DNA of 64,000 nt, from assembly GCA_043815665.1 (NCBI GenBank), contig JBDRIT010000251.1, positions 2,818-66,817 on the forward strand. The letters are read 5' to 3'. Origin of the DNA: Pseudomonadota bacterium (lineage in GTDB: Bacteria > Myxococcota_A > UBA9042 > CAIXZC01). This document shows positions 28,141 through 37,876 of this stretch, in pieces; positions within the stretch are counted from its first letter, which is position 1; each line of letters starts with the position of its first letter. The position numbers and the translations under genes are program-made. Under the pieces are notes generated by a model. The model was not told the DNA's origin, did no database searches, and worked only from the letters and a program-made list of their open reading frames with translations.

Positions 28141-29520
28141 ATGCCTACGGTCCGAGAGCTCAACGGAAAACGGGTCCACTTCCTCGGCATCGGGGGCATC
28201 GGGGTCAGCGCGCTCGCGCGGCTCCTCATGGCTCGTGGGGTCGCTGTGTCCGGGTCCGACGTTCGCCCCTCGAGCATCACCGAGGCCCTGACAGAAGAAG
28301 GCGCCCGGGTCTTCATCGGCCACCGCGTGGAGAACCTCGACGGCGCGGACATGGTGGTGCACTCCACCGCGATCCCTGCGGACAACCGGGAGCTGGCCGG
28401 CGCGCGGGCCCTGGGCCTGCCGGTCCTGCACCGCAGCGAGCTCCTCGGCGCGCTGGTGGGTGCGTTCACCAGCATCGGCGTCACGGGCACCAACGGCAAG
28501 GGCACCGTCTCGTCCATGATCACCTGGATCCTGGAGACAGCGGGCTGGGAGCCCTCCTTCTATATCGGCGCGCATTGCGAGAACCTGGGCACCAACGCCC
28601 GGCACGCGGGGGACCGATGGTTCGTTGCGGAGCTGGACGAGAGCGACGGGTCCCTGGTCAACACCGCGCCCATGTACGCGGTCCTCAACAACCTGGAGAT
28701 GGACCACCTCAACTACTACCGGGACTTCGACCATGTCGTAGAGGTCCTGGGGACCTTCTTCGCACAGCTCCCCGAGGGGGCGATGGGCTTCTTCAACGCG
28801 GACTGCGAGGGCGCCCGCATGGTGGCCCGGAACGCTTCACTGCGGCGGATCCTCTTCGGCGAGGCGGCGGACGCGGACGTGCGCCTGATGGACGCGGACG
28901 TCGGCCCCGAGGGCTCCGTGTTCTCCGTCGCGCTGGCCGACGGGCCCGTGGAGCGCTTCACCCTGTCCATCCCCGGACGCTACAACGTCGAGAACGCCGT
29001 CGGTGCGGTCGCCGTGACCCAGGCCCTGGGCGTCCCCATCGAGGCGATCCGGGAGGGCCTCTCCAGCTACCGGGGCATGGCCAACCGGTACACCGTCCTC
29101 CGGGCCGGCGCGCACCAGGTGATCAAGGACTACATCTCCCACCCGACGGGGATCCGCAAGGTGCTGGACACCGCGCGGCTCTCCGCGCAGGGGCGGGTCC
29201 GGGCGGTGTTCAAGCCGTACCGGTACACGATGATCAACTACCACGCGGAGAACTACCGTGATGCGTTCACCGCCGCGGACGAGGTGATCCTCACGGAGAT
29301 GTGGGAGGCCAACGAGGAGCCGATCCCCGGTGTCTCCACCCCCTGGCTCGCAGAGGTCCTGCGCGCCGGAGGTCAGGCGGTGGAGTACGTGCCGGAGATG
29401 GAGGGCATCGTCCCCTACCTGGAGCGCAGCCTCGGCCCCGCGGAGACCGTGATCTTCTTCGGGGGCGACGACCTCTTCGCGCTCGCCGACGACTTCGCCG
29501 GGAGAATCACCGAACGATGA
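28141..29520 (+). CDS. murC: UDP-N-acetylmuramate--L-alanine ligase (Mur ligase family; an Mpl-type paralog is not excluded).
   Basis: N-terminal Rossmann motif HFLGIGGIGVSALA, P-loop GVTGTNGKGT, and overall MurC architecture (459 aa). Confidence 0.85.
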   Translation: MPTVRELNGKRVHFLGIGGIGVSALARLLMARGVAVSGSDVRPSSITEALTEEGARVFIGHRVENLDGADMVVHSTAIPADNRELAGARALGLPVLHRSELLGALVGAFTSIGVTGTNGKGTVSSMITWILETAGWEPSFYIGAHCENLGTNARHAGDRWFVAELDESDGSLVNTAPMYAVLNNLEMDHLNYYRDFDHVVEVLGTFFAQLPEGAMGFFNADCEGARMVARNASLRRILFGEAADADVRLMDADVGPEGSVFSVALADGPVERFTLSIPGRYNVENAVGAVAVTQALGVPIEAIREGLSSYRGMANRYTVLRAGAHQVIKDYISHPTGIRKVLDTARLSAQGRVRAVFKPYRYTMINYHAENYRDAFTAADEVILTEMWEANEEPIPGVSTPWLAEVLRAGGQAVEYVPEMEGIVPYLERSLGPAETVIFFGGDDLFALADDFAGRITER

Positions 29521-30866
29521 ACCGACACGAACTGAAGGGCGCCCGGATCTCGGTCCTGGGCATCGCCCGTAGCGGCCTCGCCGCGGCCAATTGGCTCGCT
29601 GCGGCGGGTGCGGATGTGCTGGCCTCGGATCTGCGCCCCTCGGAGAAGTGGCCCGAAGGCCTCGACCCCCGGGTCGCCGTGGCGGACGGCCGCAACGAGG
29701 TCCGCGAGGGGGATCTCGTCATCATCAGCCCGGGGATCCGCCCCGGGAGCCCGACCTTCGACCTGGCCCACGCCCGGGGGCGGGAGGTCTGGAGCGACAT
29801 CGAGCTCTTCGGCCGCTTCTGCCCCGCCCCGGTGGTTGTGATCACCGGCACCGACGGCAAGAGCACGACGACGGCGATGATCGAGGCGGTCTTCAGGGCC
29901 TGCGGTCGTCCCCCCGTGGTCGGCGGCAACATCGGAATCGGCGCGATGGGGATCCTGGACGCCGTCGACCCGGACGGGGTCGCGATCCTGGAGGTGAGCT
30001 GCTTCCAGCTCGTCCACACCCTGACCCTCCGTCCCCGGGTTGCGGTCCTCACCAACATCGCCGAAGACCACGTGGACTACCACGGCAGCTTCGACGCCTA
30101 CGTGGCCGCGAAGCGCAGGGTGCTCCAGTCCATGGGGGACGGCGACGCGGTGGTGCTCAACCGGGAGGATCCGATCCTGTCGACCTGGGACCTGCCTGCG
30201 GGGATCCGCCGGATGACCTTCGGCTTCGCCCGCCCCGGGACCACCCGGGACGCCGCCTGGGTCGAGGACGGGAGCATCTTCTGCGACCTCGGGGACGGCC
30301 CCGAGGCCTTGATGCGCACGAGAGACCTCCGGGTGGTGGGGGGACACAACGTCCTCAACGCGATGGCCGCGACCCTCACCGGCGCGGCCATGGGAGTCGA
30401 ACGCCGCCGGGCGACGGAGGCCCTCGCGAGCTTCCCCGGTCTCGAGCACCGCATGGAGTTCGTGGACGAGGTGAACTCCGTGCGGTGGTTCAACGACACC
30501 AAGGCCACGAACCCCCACGCGGCCGGTGCGGTCCTCGAGGCCCTGGACGGCCCCGTGGTCCTTATTGCGGGGGGCTCCGAGAAGGACAGCGACTTCGCGG
30601 AGCTCGGCCGCCTCATCGCGGCGCGTACTCGCGCGGTGGTGCTCAACGGGGAGACCCGGCACCGCATGGCCGCGGCGATCCCGCCGGGTCACCCCGTGGT
30701 GGTGGTGGGGGGGTTGGAGGAGGCGGTCCGCAGGGCCGCGGACCTCGCGGAGGCCGGAGACATGGTCGTCCTCGCCCCCGCATGCGCCAGCTTCGATCAG
30801 TTCAGCGATTTCGAGCACCGCGGGCGCGAGTTCAAGCGGATGGTCCGTGCGCTCCGGGGCGGTTGA
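29517..30866 (+). CDS. murD: UDP-N-acetylmuramoylalanine--D-glutamate ligase.
   Basis: MNRHELKGARISVLGIARSGLAAANWL... plus ITGTDGKSTTT P-loop and a MurD-like C-terminus. The start overlaps the murC stop in an ATGA arrangement. The first 72 codons of the reported ORF are upstream read-through. Confidence 0.85.
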   Translation: MNRHELKGARISVLGIARSGLAAANWLAAAGADVLASDLRPSEKWPEGLDPRVAVADGRNEVREGDLVIISPGIRPGSPTFDLAHARGREVWSDIELFGRFCPAPVVVITGTDGKSTTTAMIEAVFRACGRPPVVGGNIGIGAMGILDAVDPDGVAILEVSCFQLVHTLTLRPRVAVLTNIAEDHVDYHGSFDAYVAAKRRVLQSMGDGDAVVLNREDPILSTWDLPAGIRRMTFGFARPGTTRDAAWVEDGSIFCDLGDGPEALMRTRDLRVVGGHNVLNAMAATLTGAAMGVERRRATEALASFPGLEHRMEFVDEVNSVRWFNDTKATNPHAAGAVLEALDGPVVLIAGGSEKDSDFAELGRLIAARTRAVVLNGETRHRMAAAIPPGHPVVVVGGLEEAVRRAADLAEAGDMVVLAPACASFDQFSDFEHRGREFKRMVRALRGG

Positions 30867-30878
30867 GGAGGAATCGAG

Positions 30879-31913
30879 ATGCTCGAGCGAATCCAGGAGC
30901 TCGCGGGGCAGGCCCGTGAGGACATCGCAGCGATCGAGACCGAGGATGCCCTGAAGGAGACCCAGGTGCGGCTCCTCGGCAAGAAGGGCGAGGTCACCGC
31001 GCTCCTCAAGGGCATGGGCGCCGTCTCCGCTGAGGAGCGCCCTGTGGTCGGGGCGCGGGTGAACGAGCTGAAGCAGGAGCTCTCCGCGCTGCTGGAGGCC
31101 CGCCGGGCCGAGGTCCAGGCCCTGGCCATCCGACGGCGGATGGAGGCGACGCCCTTCGATCCGACCCTCCCGGGGATCCCGCACGGCACCGGTGCGATCC
31201 ATCCCCTGAGCTTCATCCAGGAGGAGCTCGAGGACATCTTCCTCTCCATGGGCTTCATCATCCCCGACTACCACGAGGCCGAGTCGGAGTTCTTCAACTT
31301 CGAGGCCCTGAACATCCCCGAGGACCACCCGGCCCGGGACATGCAGGACACCTTCTGGCTGGACATGCCCGGGCGGAACCTCCTGCGCACCCACACCTCC
31401 CCGGGGCAGATCCGTGCCATGCGGGAGTATGCGCCCCCCTTCAAGGCGATCTTCCCGGGCAAGGTCTATCGCTACGAGGCCGTGGACGCCAGCCACGAGC
31501 ACACCTTCCACCAGGTGGAGGGGCTCCTCATCGATCGCGACGTCTCCGTAGCGAACCTGATCCACTCCATGAAGGTCCTCCTCTCGGAGATCTTCGGGCG
31601 GGAGATGGTGATCCGGCTCCGCCCGGGCTACTTCCCCTTCGTCGAGCCCGGCTTCGAGCTGGACTTCCGGTGTACCGTCTGCGGCGGGGACGGCTGCCCG
31701 GTGTGCAAGCAGAGCGGCTGGGTGGAGCTGCTCCCCTGCGGTCTCGTGCACCCCAACGTGATCCGCTTCGGCGGCCTGGACCCCGAGGAGTGGTCCGGCT
31801 GGGCCTTCGGTCTGGGCCTCTCCCGTCTGGTGATGATGAAGTACGGCATCGACGACATCCGCCTCCTCATGGGTGGAGATGCCCGCTTCGTCGAGCAGTT
31901 CGGAAAGGTCTAG
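30879..31913 (+). CDS. pheS: Phenylalanine--tRNA ligase alpha subunit.
   Basis: Class II aaRS motifs and PheS-specific regions (…HPARDMQDTFW…, …FPFVEPGFE…GWVE…GCG…). The size of 344 aa is canonical. Confidence 0.95.
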   Translation: MLERIQELAGQAREDIAAIETEDALKETQVRLLGKKGEVTALLKGMGAVSAEERPVVGARVNELKQELSALLEARRAEVQALAIRRRMEATPFDPTLPGIPHGTGAIHPLSFIQEELEDIFLSMGFIIPDYHEAESEFFNFEALNIPEDHPARDMQDTFWLDMPGRNLLRTHTSPGQIRAMREYAPPFKAIFPGKVYRYEAVDASHEHTFHQVEGLLIDRDVSVANLIHSMKVLLSEIFGREMVIRLRPGYFPFVEPGFELDFRCTVCGGDGCPVCKQSGWVELLPCGLVHPNVIRFGGLDPEEWSGWAFGLGLSRLVMMKYGIDDIRLLMGGDARFVEQFGKV

Positions 31914-31922
31914 GGGGAGGGT

Positions 31923-34322
31923 ATGAAGATTTCCTGGCATTGGCTCGGTCGTCACGTCGATCTCTCCGGTCTGGATCCCAGGGAGCTCGCCAACCGGTTC
32001 ACCCTGTCCGTCGCGGAGCTCGAGGGCATCGAGGAGGTCGGCGCCGGCATGGAGTCGGTGATCGCCGGCAGGATCGCTGCGGTGCGGCCCCATCCCGAGG
32101 CGGACAAGCTGAGGCTGGTGGACGTGGACCTGGGTGATCGCAGCGTGACCCTCGTCTCCGGCGCACCCAACTGTGTTCCGGGCATGGTGACTGCCGTCGC
32201 GCTCCCCGGCGCCCGGCTCCCGGGCGGGGAGGTGAAGACCACGGAGATCCGGGGCGTGGAGAGCCGCGGGATGACCTGCTCCGAGGCGGATCTCGGCCTC
32301 TCCGACGACAACACGGGCATCCTGGCGCTTCCGGCGGACACCCCCCCCGGGACACCCTTGTCGGACCTGGCTCCTGTTCACGACTGGGTCATCGAGATCG
32401 ACAACAAGTCCCTCACCCACCGGCCCGACTGCTGGAGCCACCGGGGCATCGCGCGGGAGATCGCCTCCCTCACGGGGCGTCCGCTGAAGGCCCTGGAGCT
32501 CGACCTGGAGTTCACCCGTGACGAGCCCGTGCAGATCCGCGTGGAGGACCAGGACCTCTGCCCGCGGTTCACCGCGGTCTGCTACGCTGGCATCACCGTC
32601 GCGGCGAGTCCCCTCTGGCTGAAGACCCTGCTCCACCGGGTGGAGGTCCGAGGGATCAGCAACGTCGTGGACCTCACCAACTTCGTCATGCTCGACGTGG
32701 GGAACCCCGTCCACGCATACGACGCCCGGTTCATCCGGGACGGGGAGATCGTCGTGCGCCGGGGGGAGGACGGTGAGGTGCTCACCACCCTCGACGACCA
32801 GGAGCGCCGGGTCGAGTCGTCGGACGTGATCATTGCGGACGGGGCACGGGGCGTGGGTCTGGGCGGCATCATGGGCGGCCTGAACTCAGAGATCGTCGCC
32901 GATACCACCGAGGTGGTCCTCGAGTCCGCGTCCTTCCAGGCCTCCGCGATCCGGAGGACCTCGTCCCGCCTGGCCCTACGCACCGAGGCCTCAGCGCGCT
33001 TCGAGAAGGCCCTGGATCCTGCCTTCGCCGAGCACTCCTCCCGCCTCTTCGGGCGGATGCTGCTGGACCTGGATCCCGGTGCGCGGGTGACCTCTGCGTT
33101 CATCGACGTGGCTGCGCCCCTGCCGGCCCCGACGGTGATCCGGACCTCGTGCTCCTTCATCCGCCGGAAGCTCGGGGACGACGTCCCCGATGATCGGATC
33201 GTCGGGATCCTCGAGGGCCTCGAGTTCCAGGTGGCGGCCGACGGCGATGCCCTGCGGGTCACGGTGCCGACCTTCCGCGCCACCAAGGACATCGGCATCC
33301 CTGAGGATCTCGTCGAGGAGGTCGGGCGGATGGTCGGCTATGACAACATCACGCCCACGCCGCCCCTGGCTCCGGTGCAGCCTCCGCCCCGTCCCCAGAG
33401 CCGGCTGGTGGAGCGGCGCCTCCGTCACTTCATGGTGACCGGCGGCGGCGTCGAGGTGATGCAGTACTCCTTCGACTCCGCGCCCTGGGCGGAGACCATC
33501 GGGTACTCCCTCGAGGGTGCGGTCCGCCTGGCCAATCCCATCAGCGCGGACATGCCGGTGATGCGGCGGTCCCTGATCCCCAACCTCCTCTCCGCGCTGC
33601 GGAAGAACCAGACCCACCGGGACGAGGTCCTGCTCTTCGAGCTCGGACGGGTCTTCCACCACCCCGAGAGCGAGGGGGCCGTCCCGGACCAGGAGCGGCA
33701 TCTCGGCGCGGTGTTCTCGACCACCGACGCGGATCGCCCCGAACTGGCCTTCCGCCGGGTCAAGTGGGTCATGGAGCAGCTCCTGGCGATCAACGAGCGC
33801 GGGGACTACCGCCTGGAGATCGCGACGGAGAGCCCGGACGTCCCGTGGATCACCGAGGGGCGCCTCCTCGCGATCCGTGATCGGGTCGCCGGCGACGTGG
33901 TGGGTTGGATGGGGCAGGTGAACCCCGTGCTCTGCGCGAAGGCCCGGCTGCGCGGCGGCGTGGGCTTCTTCGAGATCGACCTGGAGCCCATGATCGCGAG
34001 TCCCCGCAAGGAGCTGACCTACCGCCCCCTGCCGCGGTTCCCCAGGATCACCAATGACCTGAGCTTCATCGTCGCCCAAGGCGTGAACCATCAGACCGTG
34101 GTGGACGGGATCCTGGCAGTGGGCGGCGAGTTCCTGGTGGACACGGAGCTCGTCGCTGTGTTTAGGGGCGCGCCGATCCCCGAGGGGCACAAGAGCCTCT
34201 CCTATCGCCTGACCTTCGGCTCGGATGTGCGCACCCTCCGGGACGAGGAGGTCAGGCCCGCGGTGGACGCAGTGACCGCGCGGGTCGGCCGGGACACCGG
34301 CGGCTACCTTCGCGAGGCGTGA
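31923..34322 (+). CDS. pheT: Phenylalanine--tRNA ligase beta subunit.
   Basis: 799-aa protein directly downstream of pheS. N-terminal tRNA-binding domain (MKISWHWLGRHVDLSG…), B3/B4, B5 and C-terminal FDX-ACB regions are recognisable. Confidence 0.95.
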   Translation: MKISWHWLGRHVDLSGLDPRELANRFTLSVAELEGIEEVGAGMESVIAGRIAAVRPHPEADKLRLVDVDLGDRSVTLVSGAPNCVPGMVTAVALPGARLPGGEVKTTEIRGVESRGMTCSEADLGLSDDNTGILALPADTPPGTPLSDLAPVHDWVIEIDNKSLTHRPDCWSHRGIAREIASLTGRPLKALELDLEFTRDEPVQIRVEDQDLCPRFTAVCYAGITVAASPLWLKTLLHRVEVRGISNVVDLTNFVMLDVGNPVHAYDARFIRDGEIVVRRGEDGEVLTTLDDQERRVESSDVIIADGARGVGLGGIMGGLNSEIVADTTEVVLESASFQASAIRRTSSRLALRTEASARFEKALDPAFAEHSSRLFGRMLLDLDPGARVTSAFIDVAAPLPAPTVIRTSCSFIRRKLGDDVPDDRIVGILEGLEFQVAADGDALRVTVPTFRATKDIGIPEDLVEEVGRMVGYDNITPTPPLAPVQPPPRPQSRLVERRLRHFMVTGGGVEVMQYSFDSAPWAETIGYSLEGAVRLANPISADMPVMRRSLIPNLLSALRKNQTHRDEVLLFELGRVFHHPESEGAVPDQERHLGAVFSTTDADRPELAFRRVKWVMEQLLAINERGDYRLEIATESPDVPWITEGRLLAIRDRVAGDVVGWMGQVNPVLCAKARLRGGVGFFEIDLEPMIASPRKELTYRPLPRFPRITNDLSFIVAQGVNHQTVVDGILAVGGEFLVDTELVAVFRGAPIPEGHKSLSYRLTFGSDVRTLRDEEVRPAVDAVTARVGRDTGGYLREA

Positions 34323-34331
34323 GGAGCGGAC

Positions 34332-35447
34332 ATGGCGCGTGTCCTCATGGTCTCCAAGCCCCTCCAGCCACCCTGGGACGACAGCGCGAAGAACCTCGCG
34401 AGGGACCTGGTCCGCTTCTCGGAGCGCCACGAGTACCGCGTCATGGGGCTGCGCGGCGCCGACGCGCCCAGCCCCCGGGCGGTGGTGGAGCCCGTGTACA
34501 AGGGCACTGGGACCTACACCCCGAGCCTCGGGCAGAACCTCCGGGTCCTGAGGCGCCTGTTCCGGCCCGACGATTGTGACATCTATCACTTCTTCTTCGC
34601 GCCCAACCCCGCCACCTCCCGGGCCGCCCGCCTGGTTCGAGGGCTGAAGAAGCGCAAGCGTCTGGTCCACACCATCTGCAGCGCGCCGGCGACCTACGAG
34701 GACATCCAGCGGCACATGTTCGCCCACCGCGTCGTGGCGCTGAGCGAGAACACCCGCCAGGCCCTCCTGGAGAACGGCGTGCCTGACGTGATCCGGATCC
34801 CGCCGGCCATCGACGGCTCCACGAAGGTCGGTCCCGAGGAGAAGCGCGCCGTCCGGGAGGAGCTGGGCCTGCCGCCGGACCTGCCCCTGGTGCTCTACGC
34901 CGGGGACTACCAGTTCTCCAGCGCAGCGGACACCTGCGCCCGCGCGCTCCCGGAGCTCCTCGCGGGATCCGACGCGCACTTCGTCTTCGCATGCCGGAAG
35001 AAGCAGGAGCTGTCCCGCCTCGAGGAGAAGAGGATCCAGACCTGGGTCCAGGAGCACGGCCTCGCGGATCGGGTCCACTTCTTCAACGAGCTGGAGCGGA
35101 TCCACCATCTGGTCGCTGCGGCCGCGGTGCAGGTGCTCCCGGCGGAGTCCCTGTACGCCAAGATGGACATCCCCCTGGTCCTCCTGGAGTCCCTGCGGGA
35201 GGAGGTGCCCGTGGTCATCGCGGACATCCTGCCCCTGGCGGAGCTGCTGGAGCGTCCCGTGGGCCTGGCGATCCCGCCTGAGGCACCGAGGCAGCTCGCC
35301 GAGGCCGTCCTCGAGCTGTTGGGTTCTCCGGACCGGCGCCGGGACATGGGGCGGGAGGGCCGGGCCCTGGTGCGCCGGGTCTATGACGCACCCGTGGTGG
35401 CCGCGGCCTACGAGCGGCTCTACGACGAGCTTCTGATGGAGGGTTAG
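34332..35447 (+). CDS. Glycosyltransferase family 4 (GT-B, group 1).
   Basis: C-terminal GT1/GT4 motif region (…VLLESLREEVPVVIADILPLAELL…). It lies 9 nt after pheT. The size of 371 aa fits. Confidence 0.8.
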   Translation: MARVLMVSKPLQPPWDDSAKNLARDLVRFSERHEYRVMGLRGADAPSPRAVVEPVYKGTGTYTPSLGQNLRVLRRLFRPDDCDIYHFFFAPNPATSRAARLVRGLKKRKRLVHTICSAPATYEDIQRHMFAHRVVALSENTRQALLENGVPDVIRIPPAIDGSTKVGPEEKRAVREELGLPPDLPLVLYAGDYQFSSAADTCARALPELLAGSDAHFVFACRKKQELSRLEEKRIQTWVQEHGLADRVHFFNELERIHHLVAAAAVQVLPAESLYAKMDIPLVLLESLREEVPVVIADILPLAELLERPVGLAIPPEAPRQLAEAVLELLGSPDRRRDMGREGRALVRRVYDAPVVAAAYERLYDELLMEG

Positions 35448-35449
35448 GG

Positions 35450-36166
35450 GTGGGAAGGAAGGACGCGGAGAGCTACTACGACGAGTTCGCCTCCTGGTAC
35501 GAGCGGGAGCGGGGACGCGGGTACCACGCGTTCCTGGATCGCATGGAGATCGAGACGGCGGCGCCGCACATCCGGGATCGAGAGATCCTGGAAGCGGGCT
35601 GCGGCACGGGCCTCGTCCTGGAGGGCCTGGCCCGCCTGGCGAGGCGCGCCGTCGGCGTGGACGTCTCGGGGGGGATGCTCGAGAAGGCCCGCGATCGTGG
35701 CCTCGAGGTGGTGAAAGGGTCGGTCACGGACCTGCCCTTCGAGGACGACAGCTTCGACGCCGTGGTGTCGTTCAAGGTCCTGGCCCACGTCCCGGATCTC
35801 CGCCGGGCCCTGGCGGAGTGCGCCCGGGTGACCCGCCCCGGCGGGACCCTGGTCCTCGAGTTCTACAACCGCAACTCGATCCGCTACCTCGTGAAGCAGC
35901 TCAAGCCCGCCCACAAGGTGGCGGAGTCCACCTTCGACACCCAGGTCCACACCGCATACCACAGCTGGGAGGACATCCTGAACCTCCTCCCGGCCAACGT
36001 CTCCCCCATCGGGAGGGCCGGCATCCGCGTCGTGGCCCCCACCTACCATTTCTACAGACTCCCCGGCCTCGGCCGCGTCACCGAGCGCCTCGAAGAGCTG
36101 GCCTCGGCCTCCTCCCTCCGTCGGTACGGCGGCTTCATGATCGGCATCTTCCGCGTCAACGAATAG
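35450..36166 (+). CDS. Class I SAM-dependent methyltransferase (Methyltransf_11-like).
   Basis: Motif I ILEAGCGTGLVLEGL. Motif post-I and motif II (…DAVVSF…) are present. It starts 2 nt after the glycosyltransferase stop. Confidence 0.85.
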   Translation: MGRKDAESYYDEFASWYERERGRGYHAFLDRMEIETAAPHIRDREILEAGCGTGLVLEGLARLARRAVGVDVSGGMLEKARDRGLEVVKGSVTDLPFEDDSFDAVVSFKVLAHVPDLRRALAECARVTRPGGTLVLEFYNRNSIRYLVKQLKPAHKVAESTFDTQVHTAYHSWEDILNLLPANVSPIGRAGIRVVAPTYHFYRLPGLGRVTERLEELASASSLRRYGGFMIGIFRVNE

Positions 36167-36986
36167 TCCGGGCCGCCGACTCCACCCTCAGATCCATGTG
36201 GAATCGTGCGCCGAGGTCGGGCCGGCTCTCGAAGCAGAGGTGTCCCCCGTGCTCCCTGATGATTCCCCGACTGATCGCGAGGCCCAGCCCGGTTCCCTGG
36301 TCCGCGGGTTTCGTCGTGAAGAACGGCTCGAACAGCCGATGGGAGAGCTCCCGCTGGATCCCGATCCCGTTGTCCTCCACCGTGAGGCGGATCCACGGCT
36401 CTCCTGCCCGCTTCAAGGAGCTCGCCGTGACTCGAATCACCTTCTCCGGTGAGGCGCCGGGGAACCGGGCGTTCGACGCATCCCGGGCGTTGGTCAGCAG
36501 GTTCATCAGGACCTGCTGGATCTGCAGGCTGCGGCATTGGATCTGCGGCAACTCCTCCGGGACCCGGATGATGACCTCGATCCGATCCTTCTGGAGGGTC
36601 GATCCCAGGAGCCCGAGGGTCCTGTCGACGAGGTCCTTGATGTTCACAGGGCGGGCGGTCTCGGTGCCATGACGGGAGAAGCTCAGCAGCTCTCGAATGA
36701 TGGCCGCCATGCGCTGGCTCTCGGCGGCGATGATGGCTGCGAACCCCTGCGCCTTCTCGGTGGCGTTGTCGTCGTCCATGATGAGGTGCGCGAGGCTCAT
36801 CACGATGCCGAGGGGGCTGTTGAGCTCGTGGGCCACGCCGCTGGCCAGAATGCCGATGGACTCGAGACGTTGCGCGTGGGCCTTCTGCGTCTCGATCTTG
36901 GGGGTGAGGACGCGCAGCTCCTTGCGGGCGTGCACGAGCTCACCGTCGCAGGGCGCTGCTGTCGTCGGCGTGAACGTGCTCTCCAT
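36156..36986 (-). CDS. Sensor-less histidine kinase (HisKA + HATPase_c only, 276 aa).
   Basis: H-box SGVAHELNSPL. N, G1 (DNGIGI) and G2 (GTGLGLAISR) boxes are present. Only ~35 coiled-coil residues precede the DHp domain. No TM segment and no adjacent response regulator. Confidence 0.85.
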   Translation of the reverse strand: MESTFTPTTAAPCDGELVHARKELRVLTPKIETQKAHAQRLESIGILASGVAHELNSPLGIVMSLAHLIMDDDNATEKAQGFAAIIAAESQRMAAIIRELLSFSRHGTETARPVNIKDLVDRTLGLLGSTLQKDRIEVIIRVPEELPQIQCRSLQIQQVLMNLLTNARDASNARFPGASPEKVIRVTASSLKRAGEPWIRLTVEDNGIGIQRELSHRLFEPFFTTKPADQGTGLGLAISRGIIREHGGHLCFESRPDLGARFHMDLRVESAARTIR

Positions 36987-37096
36987 GCGGTCCCTCAGCG
37001 ATGTGGTCGCACAGCGTCGTGTGCGAGCAGGCGGTTCAGATCATTGATGCAGCAGGACGCCGTTTTGGGCGCGGGGGGGCGAAGAAAGTTTGAAAA

Positions 37097-37858
37097 TCAG
37101 TCCCAGTGGACCTGGAAGCAGCCGGTCTCGTCGCTGCCTACACAGTTGGTGCCGTCCGTGTCGCAGAGGCTCACCCGCAGGATGTAGTAGTACCAGGCGT
37201 CCGTGGCGGAGCCCGGGTGGAGCAGGAGCAGATCCGGCAGGTGGCAGCCCACGGGATCCGTCATGACGCCCTCGCAGTCGGACCGGCCGTCCCCGATGGC
37301 CTCCTGCCAGGATCGACGGTTCACCTCGGTGGTGCAGGTGGCCGTCGTGTCGCCGCCCTTGTAGGTGCGGCTGCCCGTGCAGCTCGCCCCCGAGTCCTGG
37401 TAGATCCAGATCTGGAACTTGGCCTGACCGCCGTCGGAGGTCGAGCTGTCGAAGACCGTCGCGCCGGGCCAGAAGAGCACGAGATCGTCGTCGCCGGCGA
37501 TTGCCCCCGCGTACGCGCCCCAGCCGCAGTAGCCCGAGTCGAAGTTCGCGTCCAGCGACCTGGTGCGGCTCTCGCCGTAGGTGCCGGTGCCCACCCCCAG
37601 GGGCAGGCGGTACGCGTCCGCGCAGGAATCATAGGACGCCCAGCACGCATGATCCCGACACATCTCCACCGTGTCGCCCACGCCCAGGAGCAGCAGCTCG
37701 CCCCCCAGGGGCACCTCGGCGCCTGCCTCGTAGACGTCGGTCACGATGCAGTCCTCGGAATCACATTCGCCCTTCGGCGCGGCCGCGGCGGCCGCGCTCC
37801 CGGCAAAGATCAGGAAAACCCCGGACACTCTTGCGACCCATTCCCTACTGAAAGTCAT
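37097..37858 (-). CDS. Secreted hypothetical protein (signal peptide; 12 Cys), last gene of the ECF-sigma operon.
   Basis: MTFSREWVARVSGVFLIFAGSAAAAAAP is a signal peptide. Long ORF in the typical high-GC codon pattern. No recognisable domain. Confidence 0.6.
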   Translation of the reverse strand: MTFSREWVARVSGVFLIFAGSAAAAAAPKGECDSEDCIVTDVYEAGAEVPLGGELLLLGVGDTVEMCRDHACWASYDSCADAYRLPLGVGTGTYGESRTRSLDANFDSGYCGWGAYAGAIAGDDDLVLFWPGATVFDSSTSDGGQAKFQIWIYQDSGASCTGSRTYKGGDTTATCTTEVNRRSWQEAIGDGRSDCEGVMTDPVGCHLPDLLLLHPGSATDAWYYYILRVSLCDTDGTNCVGSDETGCFQVHWD

Positions 37859-37876
37859 CTCTCTCCTCCTTGCGGT

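Noticed and set aside
29415-35108. Minus-strand ORFs 29415..32714 (1099 aa) and 32991..35108 (705 aa) opposite murD, pheS, pheT and the glycosyltransferase.
   Set aside because: They overlap strongly supported housekeeping genes on the plus strand. Composition is the typical high-GC antisense pattern (H/R/G/V/D-rich) with no motifs.
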